Assembly (NCBI RefSeq): GCF_002105155.1
Contig: NW_019029020.1
Coordinates: 1 to 64,000, forward strand
Direction of reading: 5' to 3'
Length of the DNA: 64,000 bases
DNA from: Lobosporangium transversale
Lineage: Eukaryota
Position 1 is the stretch's first letter. Each line of letters begins with the position of its first letter. A model generated the notes under the pieces. That model had not been told where the DNA came from. It saw only the letters and a program-made list of their open reading frames with translations, and did no database searches. A program made the position numbers and the translations under genes. Positions 27,024 to 41,294 of the stretch are shown piece after piece.

Positions 27024-30000
27024 TTGCGCTTCTTGGCAGATTTCCCACCATCACGTCTTGATGCCTTACCACGAACAAATTCTTTGGCCTCCTTATCCAT
27101 TACGTCCTTAGCCGTTCCACCCATCACCAAGTTTCTCTTCTTGGTCGACTCAGGATTCTTGACTGATACTACAGTGGATTTACCCTTTTTATCAATCTGT
27201 GCCTCCGCTGCTGACCAGTCCATGGAGCTGTCATTAGCAATTGCATATATCTTCTCCACATCGCCTAGCGCTGCTTTCTGGAGCTCACGCAAACGTTCGC
27301 GCCCTTCCTTACCGAGCTCATCATCTAGATCCTCCGTATTAGGATCCCACTCTTCTTCCCTAGTCACATCTCGCTTTTTACTGTTGACATCCTTGATCTT
27401 CAACTGCGCTGAAGCATTAGCGCGTGAATTGTTAATCTCTGTAGTGTACGCAAGTGTTTTCTGCTCTTTGAACAGATCAGAGAATTTGCGGATCATCTTA
27501 ATAAAGAAGGCGAGTAACTGTGATACTGAAAGTCCAATTTCCTTCTGTTAAATTTGAAGTAAATCAGGTCAAGAAAAATATAAACAGTTTAGAAACAACT
27601 AGTCAATCATGTTACTTCACTTGCCAGCCGAATGCAGTCAAAATAATAGTAATAAAAATAAATAAATAAAAGAAGGCATTACCTCAAAATCATCAACGGT
27701 CTTGCGTTGCAAGCCCAGAGCTAACAAGAGCGCAGCCTGAATGTTAGTGAGCTTGAACCCAGCATTCTGAACACGGCCGTCGAACCAGATACTAGCAATC
27801 TGAGGCAATAAGTCCAAGATAACATGGTAATCCAGCAGCTGGTTTGCATAACTTTCTAGGCGCTTCAAGTCATACGCCGAGAACAACAGATCAACCAATT
27901 CTCTGGTAACTTGACCATCACGTAAACTCTTGATCAATCTATCTGTTGTGTCCTTGTTATTGTCTTTCTCCTCGTCCACCTGCTCATCTTGCTGTTCGTT
28001 TTGTGCCTTAGCGGCGCGGGCAGACTCCAGAATCGAGAGTGCCAATGTGGCAGGGAAAGAGCGGAATTGGAATGAAAGTAAGCTTTGGAAACGGTGATGG
28101 AAATCCTTGGCAAATAAGGAAAGCCACATGGGATCACATTGTGTTTGTGTCTGAGAGCTCTCAAGTGTACGAAGCATCACACAAGTATGCTCTCCTGTCA
28201 ACTCGTTAGGTGTTTGACGAAGATAGACAGGGACATACCCTGCTTTCGACCAAAATCTAGGGTTTAAATCCATATGAGTTATTCATGATCTTTTAGTTTC
28301 CTCTACCTCAAAAAAAAAAAAAAAAAAAAAAAAGTAGACACAGATATAAGGTATCAACAAATCACTTACTTGTGAAGAGGAGCGGTCAAGCCATAAGAGA
28401 CACCAAGCCAGTGGAGTTTCTCTGCCCTTTTTTCACTCAATTTAAGAAGGAGGGGAGGCATCTTCTTGGGATCTCGAATCTTAATATCATCTGTCATCAA
28501 AGTGACTCCCTCAAGTTCACTGTCGTCGACATGGTTCATTCTATACTCTGGCTTTTCTTCGTCATCCTCAGAAAGCATTGAGAATTGTCCTTCGTAGAAC
28601 TGAGAAAGTAGCTCAAGCGCTCTAGATCCATACCCCATCTTAACATAATCAGGGTGGGTTGCAATGCGAACGACACGGGCCCCAGAAAGAGAAGCAAAGT
28701 CATCATCCTGGAATTGTTGTGAAATTAACCAAGGGATCAAATCGCCTGCCGCACGAACACCTCGACTCAAGCTGTTGAGTACAGTCTGCTTGGAAATCTC
28801 TCCTTCCAAACAGACCTGAAGTACACACAGAGGATCGGGCAATGAGCGATCGCCTTCCTTGACAGGCGGTAAAAGCACAAAAAGATGATGTGAAGGTGCG
28901 TCGCTGAGCAGCTGTAAGTCGTTTGGGGTATTCTTGTAGTGACTAGCGACGTAGAGGGCCATCATACGCTGCAAAAATGTCTCCGAAACAGGATGATAGG
29001 AGAACAAGGTGTCGCGATTAACGTAGAATAGCTGACATTCCTCTTTGGCGGGACAACCTGAGATATTCTTTTGCACAATGGTAGCGTCCAAGCAAAGAAG
29101 CTTATTAAGCCATTTCTCCGTTGGATCTTCTGGTGCATAACGAATAGGCTCTTTCAACTCGATCTCTCTTAACGTCCTTGCACCCGTAGCAGATCCTGTT
29201 GCCTTGCTCTTAGCCAACTCGGAAGCATTCAGTTCTTTACCAACAAATCCGCGTGATTGCTCACGAAGCTGCTGGATCAGCTTTAATGACAGAGACCGTC
29301 CAGTGCCCTCATAGCCGTTGATGGTAGAGGCCATAAAGACTAGGTAGGGTCCTAAAAGCGCCTTGACCAAAGGCAGTGGGATAGCGGCAGCTTCATCAAT
29401 AACAACCAACTCAGCTTGTCCCAAAGTATGCGCATCCTGTGGTTGAATGTACTGAATAGTCTGACGATGATCACGCTTGAAGACATTGACGCGGACGATG
29501 GCATTGTTGAACTCTGGGTTAGTGGACTGGATGATATCATAGTCCATATGCTCCTCATACCCAAGTGCATCGAATCCTTTGAAAACAAACTCGAACAGTG
29601 TCTTTAAATTTTCAGGGCTTGGCGAAGTGACAAAGATATTGGAGTATCCATAGGCAATAGCAGAGGCCATTGCAATTCCAAGAGCAGCCGATTTACCACG
29701 ACCGCGAGAAGCAGTTAGAGTAACAGTGGATCGGAGCGTTTTCTCTGCGATAGCTTCTATAAATTTCATTACAGCAATTGCCTGATCCTTTGTCTTTGCT
29801 GTGCCGACAAGTGCGCCCATGGGTTGCTGGTCCTGAACGCTCTCTTTGATCTTGATCAAATCTTTCTGTTCATCTGTTAGAGCATCTTCGCCAGTTTTGA
29901 TTGGCAAAGGTTTGACATTCTTGCCCAGAGAGATAGGAAGTACATTGAGCTCATCGTCGACTACTAAGCACGAAGGGCATGTTCCAAGCGAGAGGATAAA

Positions 30001-30694
30001 GCGTTCATTGAAGCGTGCCACTACATCATGATGTGATTCTGTGCGATATCTTGAATGTACATCCTAATACGATTCCCAAGAAAACAAGTATATCGTTTTA
30101 ATGTCAATCGTCATTGCCATGCCGGATATTACAAAGGATCTTTATCCTCATTTGACCTGCTTCGGTAGTATTAGCTGTAGAGACAGAGTATTCACTTACC
30201 ATGGTCATGGTATAAAGCTGCTTCAATGATGACATGCTCTTCAACAGAAGCACAATGATTCCACCGCCTTCAACTGTCTCAATTGTTCTTGCCAACAAAT
30301 TGGGAGTTAATGCCTCGAAATCCTGTAAGACGCACATGCCGTAGGTGTTTCCGAGAATCTTTTGTGTTTCTTTGTAGTAGGTGTATCGAATGTTTGTCAC
30401 AGAGATAAAGAGCTCAAACGGATCCTCTTCATTGACTTCACGGATACCCCGCTTAACATCGCGCTTAATCTTAGCCTCTCGTTTCTTGCGGTGGGAGCTG
30501 AAGCCCAGGTCCTTCTTATAGCACCACAGAACAGAAGGTCTAGCTGTGACCTGTGCCTGTGACAACAGCCAATGAAGGTTCACAACCTGGTCCTTGCCCT
30601 TGTCGCCGATAATAACAAAGAAGGAGCGGTGCTTAGACTGCACCCCGTTCTTGATGAGCGTATGAATGCGTGAGTCAATAACCTTCTTCACCAT
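27017..30694 (-). CDS. KRE33: RNA cytidine acetyltransferase Kre33/NAT10; 4 exons
   Basis: Motifs MVKKVIDSRIHTLIKNG...HRSFFVIIGD, LQDFEALTPNLLARTIETVEGGG, TASRGRGKSAALG (Walker A), IDEAAAIPLP, STINGYEGTGRSL, RVVRIATHPDYVKMGYGSRAL (GNAT), YLRQTPNELTGEHTC. Confidence 0.97.
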
Positions 30695-30866
30695 GGTTGT
30701 CAAGAATGAGGGTTATGGAAATGAGGTGGGCCAAGGGTTTGTACAAGCAAAAAAAAAAAAAAAAAAAAAAAAAATCAAAACAAGCAAAATATAAGGTGGC
30801 TTTATTTAGCAGTCCTACGATACAGCGGCGCAGCACAAAAAGCCTCGTTTTATTACAATCTATCTT

Positions 30867-33800
30867 CTATTTGGCTCCGCTGGTCGATTTATTTGATTTA
30901 AGCACCTGCTTCCCAAAGCCCCATTGCTGACTACCTCTCTTCCTCTGCGCATCAGATAGAATATTGGGCATTGTATTGCTGCTACCCCATCCATGCTGTT
31001 GCAGAGACTGTCCAGTTGAAACTCTTGCTGATTTACTACCTGTATCCGTACCATCATCCGTTGGTTCCACGGCCTGAGAAGAATGACGCTTCCGGGAAGT
31101 ATCTCCATGTGCCTCCTCATCCATTGAGGTGGCGCTTTGTTGTTGTTTCTGCTCATTAGCCGTTGACACGGATGTCCGTCGATTTACGAGCACACTGCTA
31201 CTTGGACCACTTGCACTACCGTCTTCAATCTCTTTTTGGATTTGCTCCACACAAATGGAACTTCTGTGCCTAAGCGCTTGAGAAAATTCAAACTTCTTGT
31301 ATCTAGAGTTATAAAAAGTCATTGGGTTGGGTGGATTTGTCACTGAGGCAGCACGAGCATGATTGGAGGAGAATAGTTGACTGAGTCGATGGTTTGATGA
31401 TGTCGAGGGTTGGTTCGAGTGAGTAGCGGCTTGAGCAGCAGCACTCTCAACAATGTTAGTGACAATATCAGAGGGGAAACCACCTCCGAAGACGGAAAGC
31501 CTTGGGTTCGAAGCAGATGTCGGAGATGCAGCATAAAATATACTGGCAGGACGAGCCTCCTTCCCAGGGCCTTTGACAATCCATTGGAACTGCTCCAATG
31601 CTGCCTGCGACAAATGAAGTCTCTTGTAAAGGAGCTCTCCCAGCTTAAAGAAAAAGAAAAAAAAAAAATCAGCAGATGTAATGATAATGTATAAGTACTG
31701 TTTGTTAATAAAATGAGAAGTATACCTCGTAGTGACAGTGAGGGACAACCCACATTTCGCTCTCGATTGCCGACTCGAGCAACAAGCAATCTGTTAACGC
31801 CGTGTATGCAAATGTCGCATCATCAGGGAGCAATTGGCGATGTACGACAGCACTCAACAGAAGGTAGATCGCTTGTGTATCAGCATCGGCTGTATGCTGC
31901 GCAGACTGCGGGAAAAAAGGAGTTGATAGTTAGCAGGCTGAGCTTGAAGACTATTCAGCTTGCAACGCATTAGAGTATACTCACCTTCCAAATTGTCTCC
32001 AGAAGCGTGCGATATTTTCGCAGCAGGACAGGCTTCATGTATGCAAGGTCCCTACGGAGATATAGGATCACTAGAGGTAGGAAGGGCGAAATGCGTCCAC
32101 GCTGTAGACTTTTCTGGCATTGGTTCCAGGCAAACTTATTGAATCTATTGAGCTATAAAAGCGTGTTAAAAAAAGTTTTAGTTCATGAATCTGAATTTCT
32201 CGTTATGGTAGTGGCCATTGTTATCATTTGTGTAAGCCTATATGCGCATTACCTTGCCAGCTTGAGTGGGTACTGGTGAAGACAGGAGATGGGAAGAGGC
32301 CGTCGAATGAGTCGATCCTGCCTTTGAATGTTCCAAAATAGTATTTCCACTGAGGCCAGCGTCAGCATCAGCACCAATGCTTCCACTTCTAGATCTTATA
32401 CTTGCTATTGGTGTACTATTTTCAGCTCCTTCAGGTTGTCTTGATGAAAGCTGGTCGGCTCCAGACATGACGATCAGCACTTCTTGAGCTGCCATCAGTA
32501 AGTCGAAATCTGGCCCAGGCCTCGAGAGATGAAGGGGCATAGTTGACCCAGACACTGTGCTATCGAAGAACAATCCAGAAGAGGAAGACATCATAGTGCT
32601 ACTGCTTCCCCCATCCCCATTACCAGCACTCATACTATTTTTGTCGCTAGAGCTGATGTGATGACCAAACCCATCACGACCATATCCAAAGTACCCATCC
32701 TGGCCTTGTCGAATAATTGTTTTACTGGCAATTAAGCACAGTCCGCAGAATGGCGCCAGCTCAAAGTCATCCTCTTCTTCGTCTTCTTCAGGCGTAAATC
32801 CTCTTCCAGGTCCGGGTCCAGCGGCATGGCCGAGACCGAAATTAATAACCCCAGACGAAGTGTCAGTCCTGGTCGCTTGGCTCATGCCCTGGCTTCTTCC
32901 CTTCGTTCTACGCCCTAGTCCCCCACCTGCTGTATTTTCTGTGCTACCATCGCTGATGGTTGCAATGAATCGTCTCCAAAGGATCTCGAAAATATCGGCT
33001 GCTTTGCCAAACTCTTGATTAACGAAGAACGTCAGTCCTAACTCAAACCGATAATTGATCGATGGGATGCCTGCAGCTTCACAGGTTTGGATACCACGAG
33101 TGATATGGTTCAATGCGGCAGGGATAATGTTGCCTGTCTTGCGGGCATGGTGGCAGGCCATCAAAAGGTAGCTTGAACCGTTACTATGCCAATACAGAGA
33201 GTTTAGAAAAGATTATATTAGATTTTGCTTAAAAAATAAAAATAAAAAAGGAGTGGTGGAGGTGACATACGGGCAAGTCTTAAGGGATTCTTCTACAATC
33301 TCTCCTGCTCTTCCAAGCGAGATACATGGGTCATTCATTCCTCTGGGTAAGAACAAGTAGTTGATCAACAAGAACAATGCTGCGAAGGGTGCTCGGCCGT
33401 TTTTGTTAGATGAGACGAGTTCCAAGTTCTTGATTGCTTGCTCATGGTTTGCTTGCAAGCCAATCGTCCTCAATGCCGGTAATAGAGATTTGGGAACGAT
33501 AGATACAATAAAATAGAATAACCCAATGCCATAATGCATGTAATCTTCAACATCTTCAAGCACTTTGACAGCGGTCTTAATCTCTTCTACGGCTTTAGTC
33601 TGATCCCGAAGGAGACTAGCCAAACCTTTGGCTGTAGAAGGGCTTGAAGCCAAAAATCTAGAACCTGGTAGACGCTCTCCGTCATGAAGCAGATCAAAAC
33701 TACTGTTATCCACGGGAGGGGATGACGACAGTGACGCCGCGGACTGGTTCCAGCTACTTCTTTTCCCGAATAATGACCAACGCGAGCCGCCATCCGATGT

Positions 33801-36800
33801 ATGTGATGTCGACAGCGGTGCGCTTTTCTTGCTGCTTGGAGACGCTGTGAGGCCTTGGGTCTTGGTAGCAGTGGGGATTGGGATAGGCATAGTCTGAGTT
33901 TTTGATAAGCGAGTTGGACGGGATGCCTTGGTTATCGGCAGATCAATCTCATCATTGTTACCCACATCCTCTTCACCAGTCATCATCTTTTGTGTTTTGT
34001 GCTCCTGCTCTATCTTTGCCTGAACAAGGGTTGAGAGCTTTTGCCACTTCTCTTTAGCCATCTCCATCTCTTGTTTGATTCGTAAATAGCCCTTCCAGGC
34101 GCGCCTAAGCTGCAGTCCTCCCTTGATATCCGAGAATGTACCCTTTGTATCGGAGGCTGAGGTCAGCTGGAGAACTCCACGATATAATAACGTGTCGTAG
34201 AATGTCATCTCACAGTCCCATTTGTAGTTTTGCCGAAGCGAGTTGTCATTAGCTGTAGCCAGCGTAGCATCAGTACTGCAGACAGATTTGTAGGCCATAA
34301 AGCTCGCATCCTGTAGAAGACATAGACAATGCATCATTAGAAATAAGGAAGATACAATTCATATTGCGTCGTATACAATAAGCTAATGATAAAAACCATG
34401 TGGACTTACAAATTCCTGCCGTCTATCCAATACACGAGATGCAACCTTCTCGGAAAGCTGAAGTGCATCCATGAGCTCTGAATCGGCTTCAGAGAGCTGG
34501 CCGCTGATCAACTGCCGGACAATATGAACCTATCGATTATTGTCAAAATAAAGACAATAAGTGTAAATATTAAAGTCAACAGTAAAGAAAAGCGCGTTTC
34601 TTTTATCTCGTACAAAATTACCTCCGCTGCTGCAAGGCTCCATCTTGGATATGCGCCTTCATACTCTTTGAATATGTTCAATGCTGTACCAAATTCATTA
34701 TTCCAGCATGCCATAATTCCTTCCTGTAAAAGCAAAGGATGCAGATGATGGCGACTCGATGGAGGAATATCTTGTTTTCGTTTGCTTTTCTTAGATGTAG
34801 CGGCCATCCCTATTCTTTGTCCAGGGCTACTGCTTGCAGTTGAGACGGCAATTGTATCCTTCACCTTCATGCGGGGATCTGGTGATGGTAACTTTTCGGC
34901 AGCATCCCTAGTGGTACTTGCGGTAGTTGCAGTGTTGATGCTGATAGCGCTAGTCGAGAAGACTGATTCCGTGATAAGTGATCGCACTCGAAAGGTGGCT
35001 TTGGCTGCATCTTCTTTGCCTACGAGAATTTCCTGGGCTTCAGTCGTGATTGGATTGCTTGTTTGGCTCCTGTCCTGTAGCATGATATTTTCTGCATTTC
35101 GAGCTGAAGTTGACAAAATAACAAGATCAAGGTGACTATCAACGCTGTCCTTGCGAGTAATGTTGCTATCGACACCATTTTTTGCATGTACTCGATTCCG
35201 CTGGCTCGATAGTGCGGAGGCTGTTCGTGTTTGTGAGGATGATGGGCCTATTTTTAGTCCTCTAGTTGCCAAAAGGCGTACTGGAGGTGGACTCAGTGGT
35301 GGCTTTGGGAAGTTAAGTGTTGGTGGAGGTTGCGGCTGCGGCTGCTGCTGGAGCTGCTGCTGGTGCTCAAGCAGCGTACGAGGTGGAGACATTAGGAGCG
35401 AGCCAGATATTGGAAGCGTTGTTGTTGAGGGAAGAGTGGCTATTCGACCCGACATCGAGGGCGAGGGTAGTTTACATAATTCTTTCTCTTCTGTCTCTGG
35501 TCGTGGCGGCTGCTGTTCCTCTGGATGAGTATGCTGGACTTGCTCCTGCTTTACCTCATTTTTTTGCATCTCAATGGTCACTCGCTGGCTCTCCCTCTCC
35601 TGTACTCGCTGTTGCTCCCGTAACTCATCATCCTCTCTTTCCATCTGTTGGATCCGCAGTTGTCTCTTTTTCAGCTGTTGCGCCATTTCTGAAAGCAGCT
35701 GTCCTTGTTGTTCTCGTACCTTCATTTGCGACTTAGTGGTATCATAATATGTCTCGAGCGACATCTCTTGCAATGGTGACATTACAGGCATGCCCCCTTG
35801 GAGTTGTAATTCTTGATATGATACTTCGGTGTTGGCAGAGTCAGAAGGGAACGCGGCGTGCCTTGCTGCCGCTGAGGCTCGCAGGTCGTGTTCATCCACA
35901 TCCATGTTTGATCGTTCCATCATAATGACGGTGTCAATAGCGTTAGTTGAGGCAGAGATGATACGACGTGAGTATTCACCCATATCTTCTGCCTGATATT
36001 CTGGAAGGTTCGAAGCGCTGTCATATAAATGCATATGGATATCAGATTTGCCTTCTGTAAAAACATCTCGTGCCTCTTGTGCTCGCTGAAGATGTCTCGC
36101 TTGCATTTCTACACTGGGCTCTTGTATAAACGCATGTGCTCCTGAGGTTAATGGCCGACTTGAAAACTGATGACTGTATGCATTCTCTGGAAGCGGCTGG
36201 GTACTTCTCAGCCACGGCTGCTGCTGCTCTACTGCTGCTGCTGCCATCGTGCCAACTGCAGCCCCAGCTCCAATACCCAATGCCGTTGCGGGCATGACCA
36301 TCCCAGTAGCATGCCCTTCAAGTTCATGAATAGATGCAACGCTACGATGGTCATATATGGATGCCACAGAGTAGACATCGTCATCATATATAGAAGCAAC
36401 AGAGTATCTCTGAGTCACCGGTGCCGCACTTCCGGATGGTCCTCTCATTCCCACCCCCTGTGGTGCTCCTGGAACAATGGTCTCATAGGTACCATACGCC
36501 GGTTGCGTTGTCGAAACCATGGGCCCAATTGGAGCGGCTGAGGCTACGATCTGTGGCTGAGATGCGATCATCTGGGGAGCTGGCTGAATGATAGGTTGTT
36601 GAGGCGGAGCCACCACTACTGGTCGTTGCTGGGTCATGGGTGGCAGCGGTAGCATACGTTGAGGAGGAGGAGCGATAATGGGCCGTGATGGCGGTGTATA
36701 GACCATGGGGAGTGGTGGCCGTTGGATTACCCGTGGCTGTGGCAGGATATGGGGCTGAGGTTGAAATATTCCTGACATTGGCTCGGGTGTCTGTACTATT

Positions 36801-39800
36801 GGGTATGCTGGAGGGATGACGACCTGCTCAGGCGTGGTTACCGCAATGGGCCTTGGCGGCTCCACAATGGCTGTGCGTTGTGGAGGAATATATACAGCAG
36901 GTCCAGGATTTGGTTCGATGGGTATATCATCCTGAAGGGATGGAGGGATGTCGTCTACGATCCCCCAGGTAATCACCCCTTCCGGTGGTCTCATGTCGTC
37001 TATTTCTATCCACTGCCCTGGGATTGTTGGGTGAGGTCTTCGTCTTGGTCCTGTAATGATGGTTGTGGCTGTATTCGAAGAAGAATCAAAAACGACTACA
37101 TCTCCGATGACATTGCTGTCGCTGACAGCTGGGCGTATGATCTCATTATTATCACCCTTTTCCACCATAATCTGTTTGGTCCGTTCGTGGATACGGTTTT
37201 CTTTGTCCTTATCACTCTGCTGCTCTTCTCCCATGACGGCATCGGACTCTTGGCGGCGCGAATTATCTGGATCGACCTCTGGCAGAAGGATATTTAGAGT
37301 ACTACCAATTCCCTCACTAGGTTCCTGCTCAGTCTGCTCAACCTGCTCAATCTTCTCAACTTCTTTACAATCAAGGCCTTCTTTATGATAACGGCTGTCT
37401 CTTTGCCCATGATCATGCTCATCTCCCCCCTTTTTCAACTCAGGCTCTAAATCCTCAATTTTGGTCTCAATTATACTGCTTGGTGTTTGCGGTAGTAATG
37501 GTAGTGGTGATAGTGTTGTCTCGATGCAATCTGGGATCACGATTCCATGAATTTCATTCACTGGTCCTTCAATCGGATACGTTATAAATTCAGGGTTGAT
37601 TCCATCTCCTGTCCGTTCCACAGCAACTGTGGAATTCTCTTTGATGTCCAGATTTATAATGTTTCCGCTATGAAATTCAGGACCAAGGATTGCCTCTAGC
37701 TCAGCAGCGGGACCTTCTTGAAATTGATGTTCTGAACAATTATCCTCTTCGCACATCACAGCAGTTATATCTTTATGCGAAGATAAGTGAAGCTTTAGAG
37801 TTGAGAGTACATGTGGGTGATGTTTTATATCCTCATGATCTTCTTCTATTCCTTCAAACGTATTGCTTGCCTTTGCTTCTACTAACATGAAATAAGAGCC
37901 AGACACATGGAGAAAAGGAAGGCATTTCATTTAGTCTTGAAGTTTTATTAAACATGGATAGATGTAAAGCGGCGTATTATTACATACCTGTAGCAGCGAC
38001 ATCAATCATAGTGTCTGGCGTCTGGGGCTCACATATCGCCTCCTGAGACTGTGCTTGTGGCTGAGAGCGGCTTGCCTTGAGGTCATTCTCCTCTAGGGCT
38101 ACTACTGCTACTGTTATATCTGTTCTATCCAGATCTATAGGGCTTATTTCTTGATCCTTCATGACCGTAGCAATAGCTGTTACTATCGTTCCTTGTTCAA
38201 CTGCAATGCGCACATTTTCACTGCTAGGCTGCTCTTCAATTTCTGCAGTTTCATCCAATGTCTTTCCTTCAATAATATTGACTTCAACTTTGATGGTATC
38301 ATCAAGTTCTAAATGCTTTCTTTGGTCCTCCTCCTCATCATCTTCCAGCATCGTTGATGCATCTGCTTTCCCTCCATCTGTTTGTCCACTTTGTTCGATT
38401 TCATCTTCATCTGAGTCTTCCACAAAGATGCCTGAGTAAATGATGTTATGTCCGCCAGTCCAAGTCCTACGTCCAGTTCCGTTCGGGCCCATGTTTGATC
38501 TCATTAACCGTTTCCGTGGTGTATAACCAATAGTAAGCCCTCCTGCAGCTGCTGTTGCAGAGCTTGATGCATTTGCGGCCGCTATCCGCATATCGTATGA
38601 CGACGCATATGAGCCGCCAATGCCGCTGCCACCACTTTGTCGTCCTTGGTATGCCCACGACAATGGCATTCGATGACGACTGAGGCTGCTTGAATCAACT
38701 GGCAGTGCTTGTGGAGAGGATAGTATGGATCGTGCAGGTATAACAGCTGAGGAAGCGGTAGGTGAAAATGCAAGTACTTGTTGCCTCCGAGCATCCTGAA
38801 ATGCTAAGAGTGTTGCCATATCCTGCTCTTCATCATTTTCTTCAGCCTCATCATTGCCATCATCGTCGTTGTATTGGCTCCTAACGATACTATATTCATC
38901 ACGAAGGCCGCTATATCCTCTGTTAGCCTCCTGGCTGGCCCTACGGCCACTACCACTAGCGCTATTCCTACTGCTATTGCTACTGCTACCATCAATACCA
39001 GTTGCACTTCCTAATCCTTGCCGCGAAGTCATACTCTTATTACGGTCAATATCGACTTTGATGAAAACATCCTGATCCTCATCTTCACCATCCTGTTCTT
39101 CGTCTAGTTCTTGGACGGCATCAAAAGGCGAATTGACCATCGTACCATATGATGTCCCTCGTCTCAACGACAGTCGTGAATGATGAGTACTAGTTGCAGA
39201 TGGGGGAAATGCATTAATGTGTCGTGACTCTCGACTGAAAGTGATGCTATCACTCAAGTGTGGATCATAGTATTCAAGAATTGCAGACATGGGTGTGTGT
39301 GCAGAATAAGAAATCCAATGCAGCTGCGTCAAGACAATGGAAAACGAATACTGAGCGATCAAAGTCATCGTCAGCGCAACTCTTTGTTGGATCAATCTAT
39401 TAATTTCAAACAGGATCAGCAGAGTGATCAACTACTTCCCCACCCAAGATACAGAGAATGACCGTATAAGTAAGTTGTTAATTAGCTTCCAAAGATAATG
39501 GTACTAAGCTTTTCCTTCTCTTCCGACAGTAACTGCGACCACATTGTGTATCACATACCACGCAGACAAAAATGACAGCTGTGTTGTAATTCCCGTCTCT
39601 ATATCGCACTGTGAACAACATCACTGAGATCCGCGCAATGGCCATGGCTGTCAATGACAACGATACCCAGTCCCATTCTAATATCCTGTCCTCTGGGTTC
39701 CATCCTAGTAGCAGCGTAAACATGATCAGCACAATTAGGTCTACCCAGCAAATCAGTTTAGATCGACGAGCTCTCTTCTGTTTTAACATGTAATCTTGTC

Positions 39801-40533
39801 CTGCAGATCCAAAATATGACAGTCGATCGTTCCCTTCTATCTCATGACGATGATAATCCAGCTCATGCTCTGCTAACGCTGCTACAGGGACTGTCGTTGA
39901 GTGATGGTCAATGGTATAAAGCGAGTTGATTTCTGACTCTGAATCTCCTTGATAATGCAGTAAGGGCTCATGAACTGTTGTTGCCCTGGGCTTCATCAGG
40001 TGGCTACTATGGCCTCCCCTCGCTGTGCCAGTGAACGTTGTGCTGCTGTACTTCTGCTGTTGCTGTTGAACAGCTGTATCCGCACCTGTCCCTGTCCCTG
40101 TTCCATAGGCAAATGAAGCAGGAGTCGCATTGTCTATAAAGCTATAATTATGGTTTCGAGCTGCTGTTGTACGTCGGCCAGTAAAACTGGATGTGGAAAT
40201 AAGAGGAGGTGCTGGCCCATGTTGATAATGGGACTGACCAGAGAAATTAAAGTAACTACTACTACTGCCGTTGCTGCCATTCGACTCTGCGCTGGTGCCC
40301 TGTTGAAAAAGCGACAAACGGGTCGAGTCATTAGGTCCCAAGAAACTAGAGGAGGAATAGGTTGAGTTACGGAAAGAGAAGGAAGAAGTTGAGGATGGGA
40401 ATGGCTGATGTTGATGGATAACTGAGTGTTGTTGTTGCTGTGTATGGTTTCGCGGCAGACTTTGTTGCCTGGGCTTAGAGATGGTTCGAGCTGGATTCGA
40501 ACTGGACGTTGCTGAAGTTACACTAGCCATCAT
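30867..40533 (-). CDS. Large (~2,900-3,000 aa) protein: N-terminal multi-TM segment, long disordered/Pro-rich middle, C-terminal TTC39/Iml2 (DUF3808)-like TPR region; ~9 exons
   Basis: Iml2/TTC39-like motifs: EGIMACWNNEFGTAL, GGLQLRRAWKGY, HYGIGLFYFIVSIVPKSLLPALRTIG, RAPFAALFLLINY. The five upstream exons (40533 to ~33270) join by in-phase GT-AG introns with no intergenic gap. The single-gene model is an inference. Confidence 0.7.
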
Positions 40534-41294
40534 TTCAATTCAAGAGGCATAGACACTTCACTCAAAGATTGAAACCTGTCAAATCGATAATGTCGATTGC
40601 TATCTGAGCAAAGCTCGTAACTGTATGGTCTTAAAAAAAATGGGGGTGACTATTGATCTGACAAAAACGTTTATTCCTTCCAATACTTTTTCTTGTGGTA
40701 CTCCGCAATGGGTAAAAGTCTGGCCCAGCTAGGAGGGATAGGCGGAGCAAGGAAGTTCGGAAGAGAAATCAGGAAGTGAGTGCGGTCCAGCAAAAGGTGA
40801 AGAATAAAGACATGGACTCTTGGAAGAAGTAGCAAAAAAAAAGGTGTGTTGTTTTGTGTGCCTGTGCCATATCCGCATGTTATCAAAAGAGTAAAGAAGG
40901 GGTTCAGTGTAATCGAAGACAGGAATAAAAAAAGGGGTTATCAACAACATTGACATCAGCTGAGCACAAACAATATGTTGCTCTTCTTTTTTTTTTTTTT
41001 TTTTTTTTTGCGACTTGGTGCTTTGCAAAGCCCGCAACGCTGATATACAACTCCGTCACTCTACTTTCTATGCCTCCCCTTTTTTTTTTTTTTTTTTTTT
41101 TTTTGAATAGAGAGTACCTCTCACTAAGGCGAAGTAGAAGCATTATGTTTCCAGAAAACCAAGAGTTCAGCCCTCTATTCTATTTTCATGCAAATGTTAT
41201 CGTGATATCCCATAGGATAGTTATGAGCGACCATTAAGAGTATGGATATGTGATTGTATAAATGTTAATGTGCACCATGAAGATGTGTGTCTGT

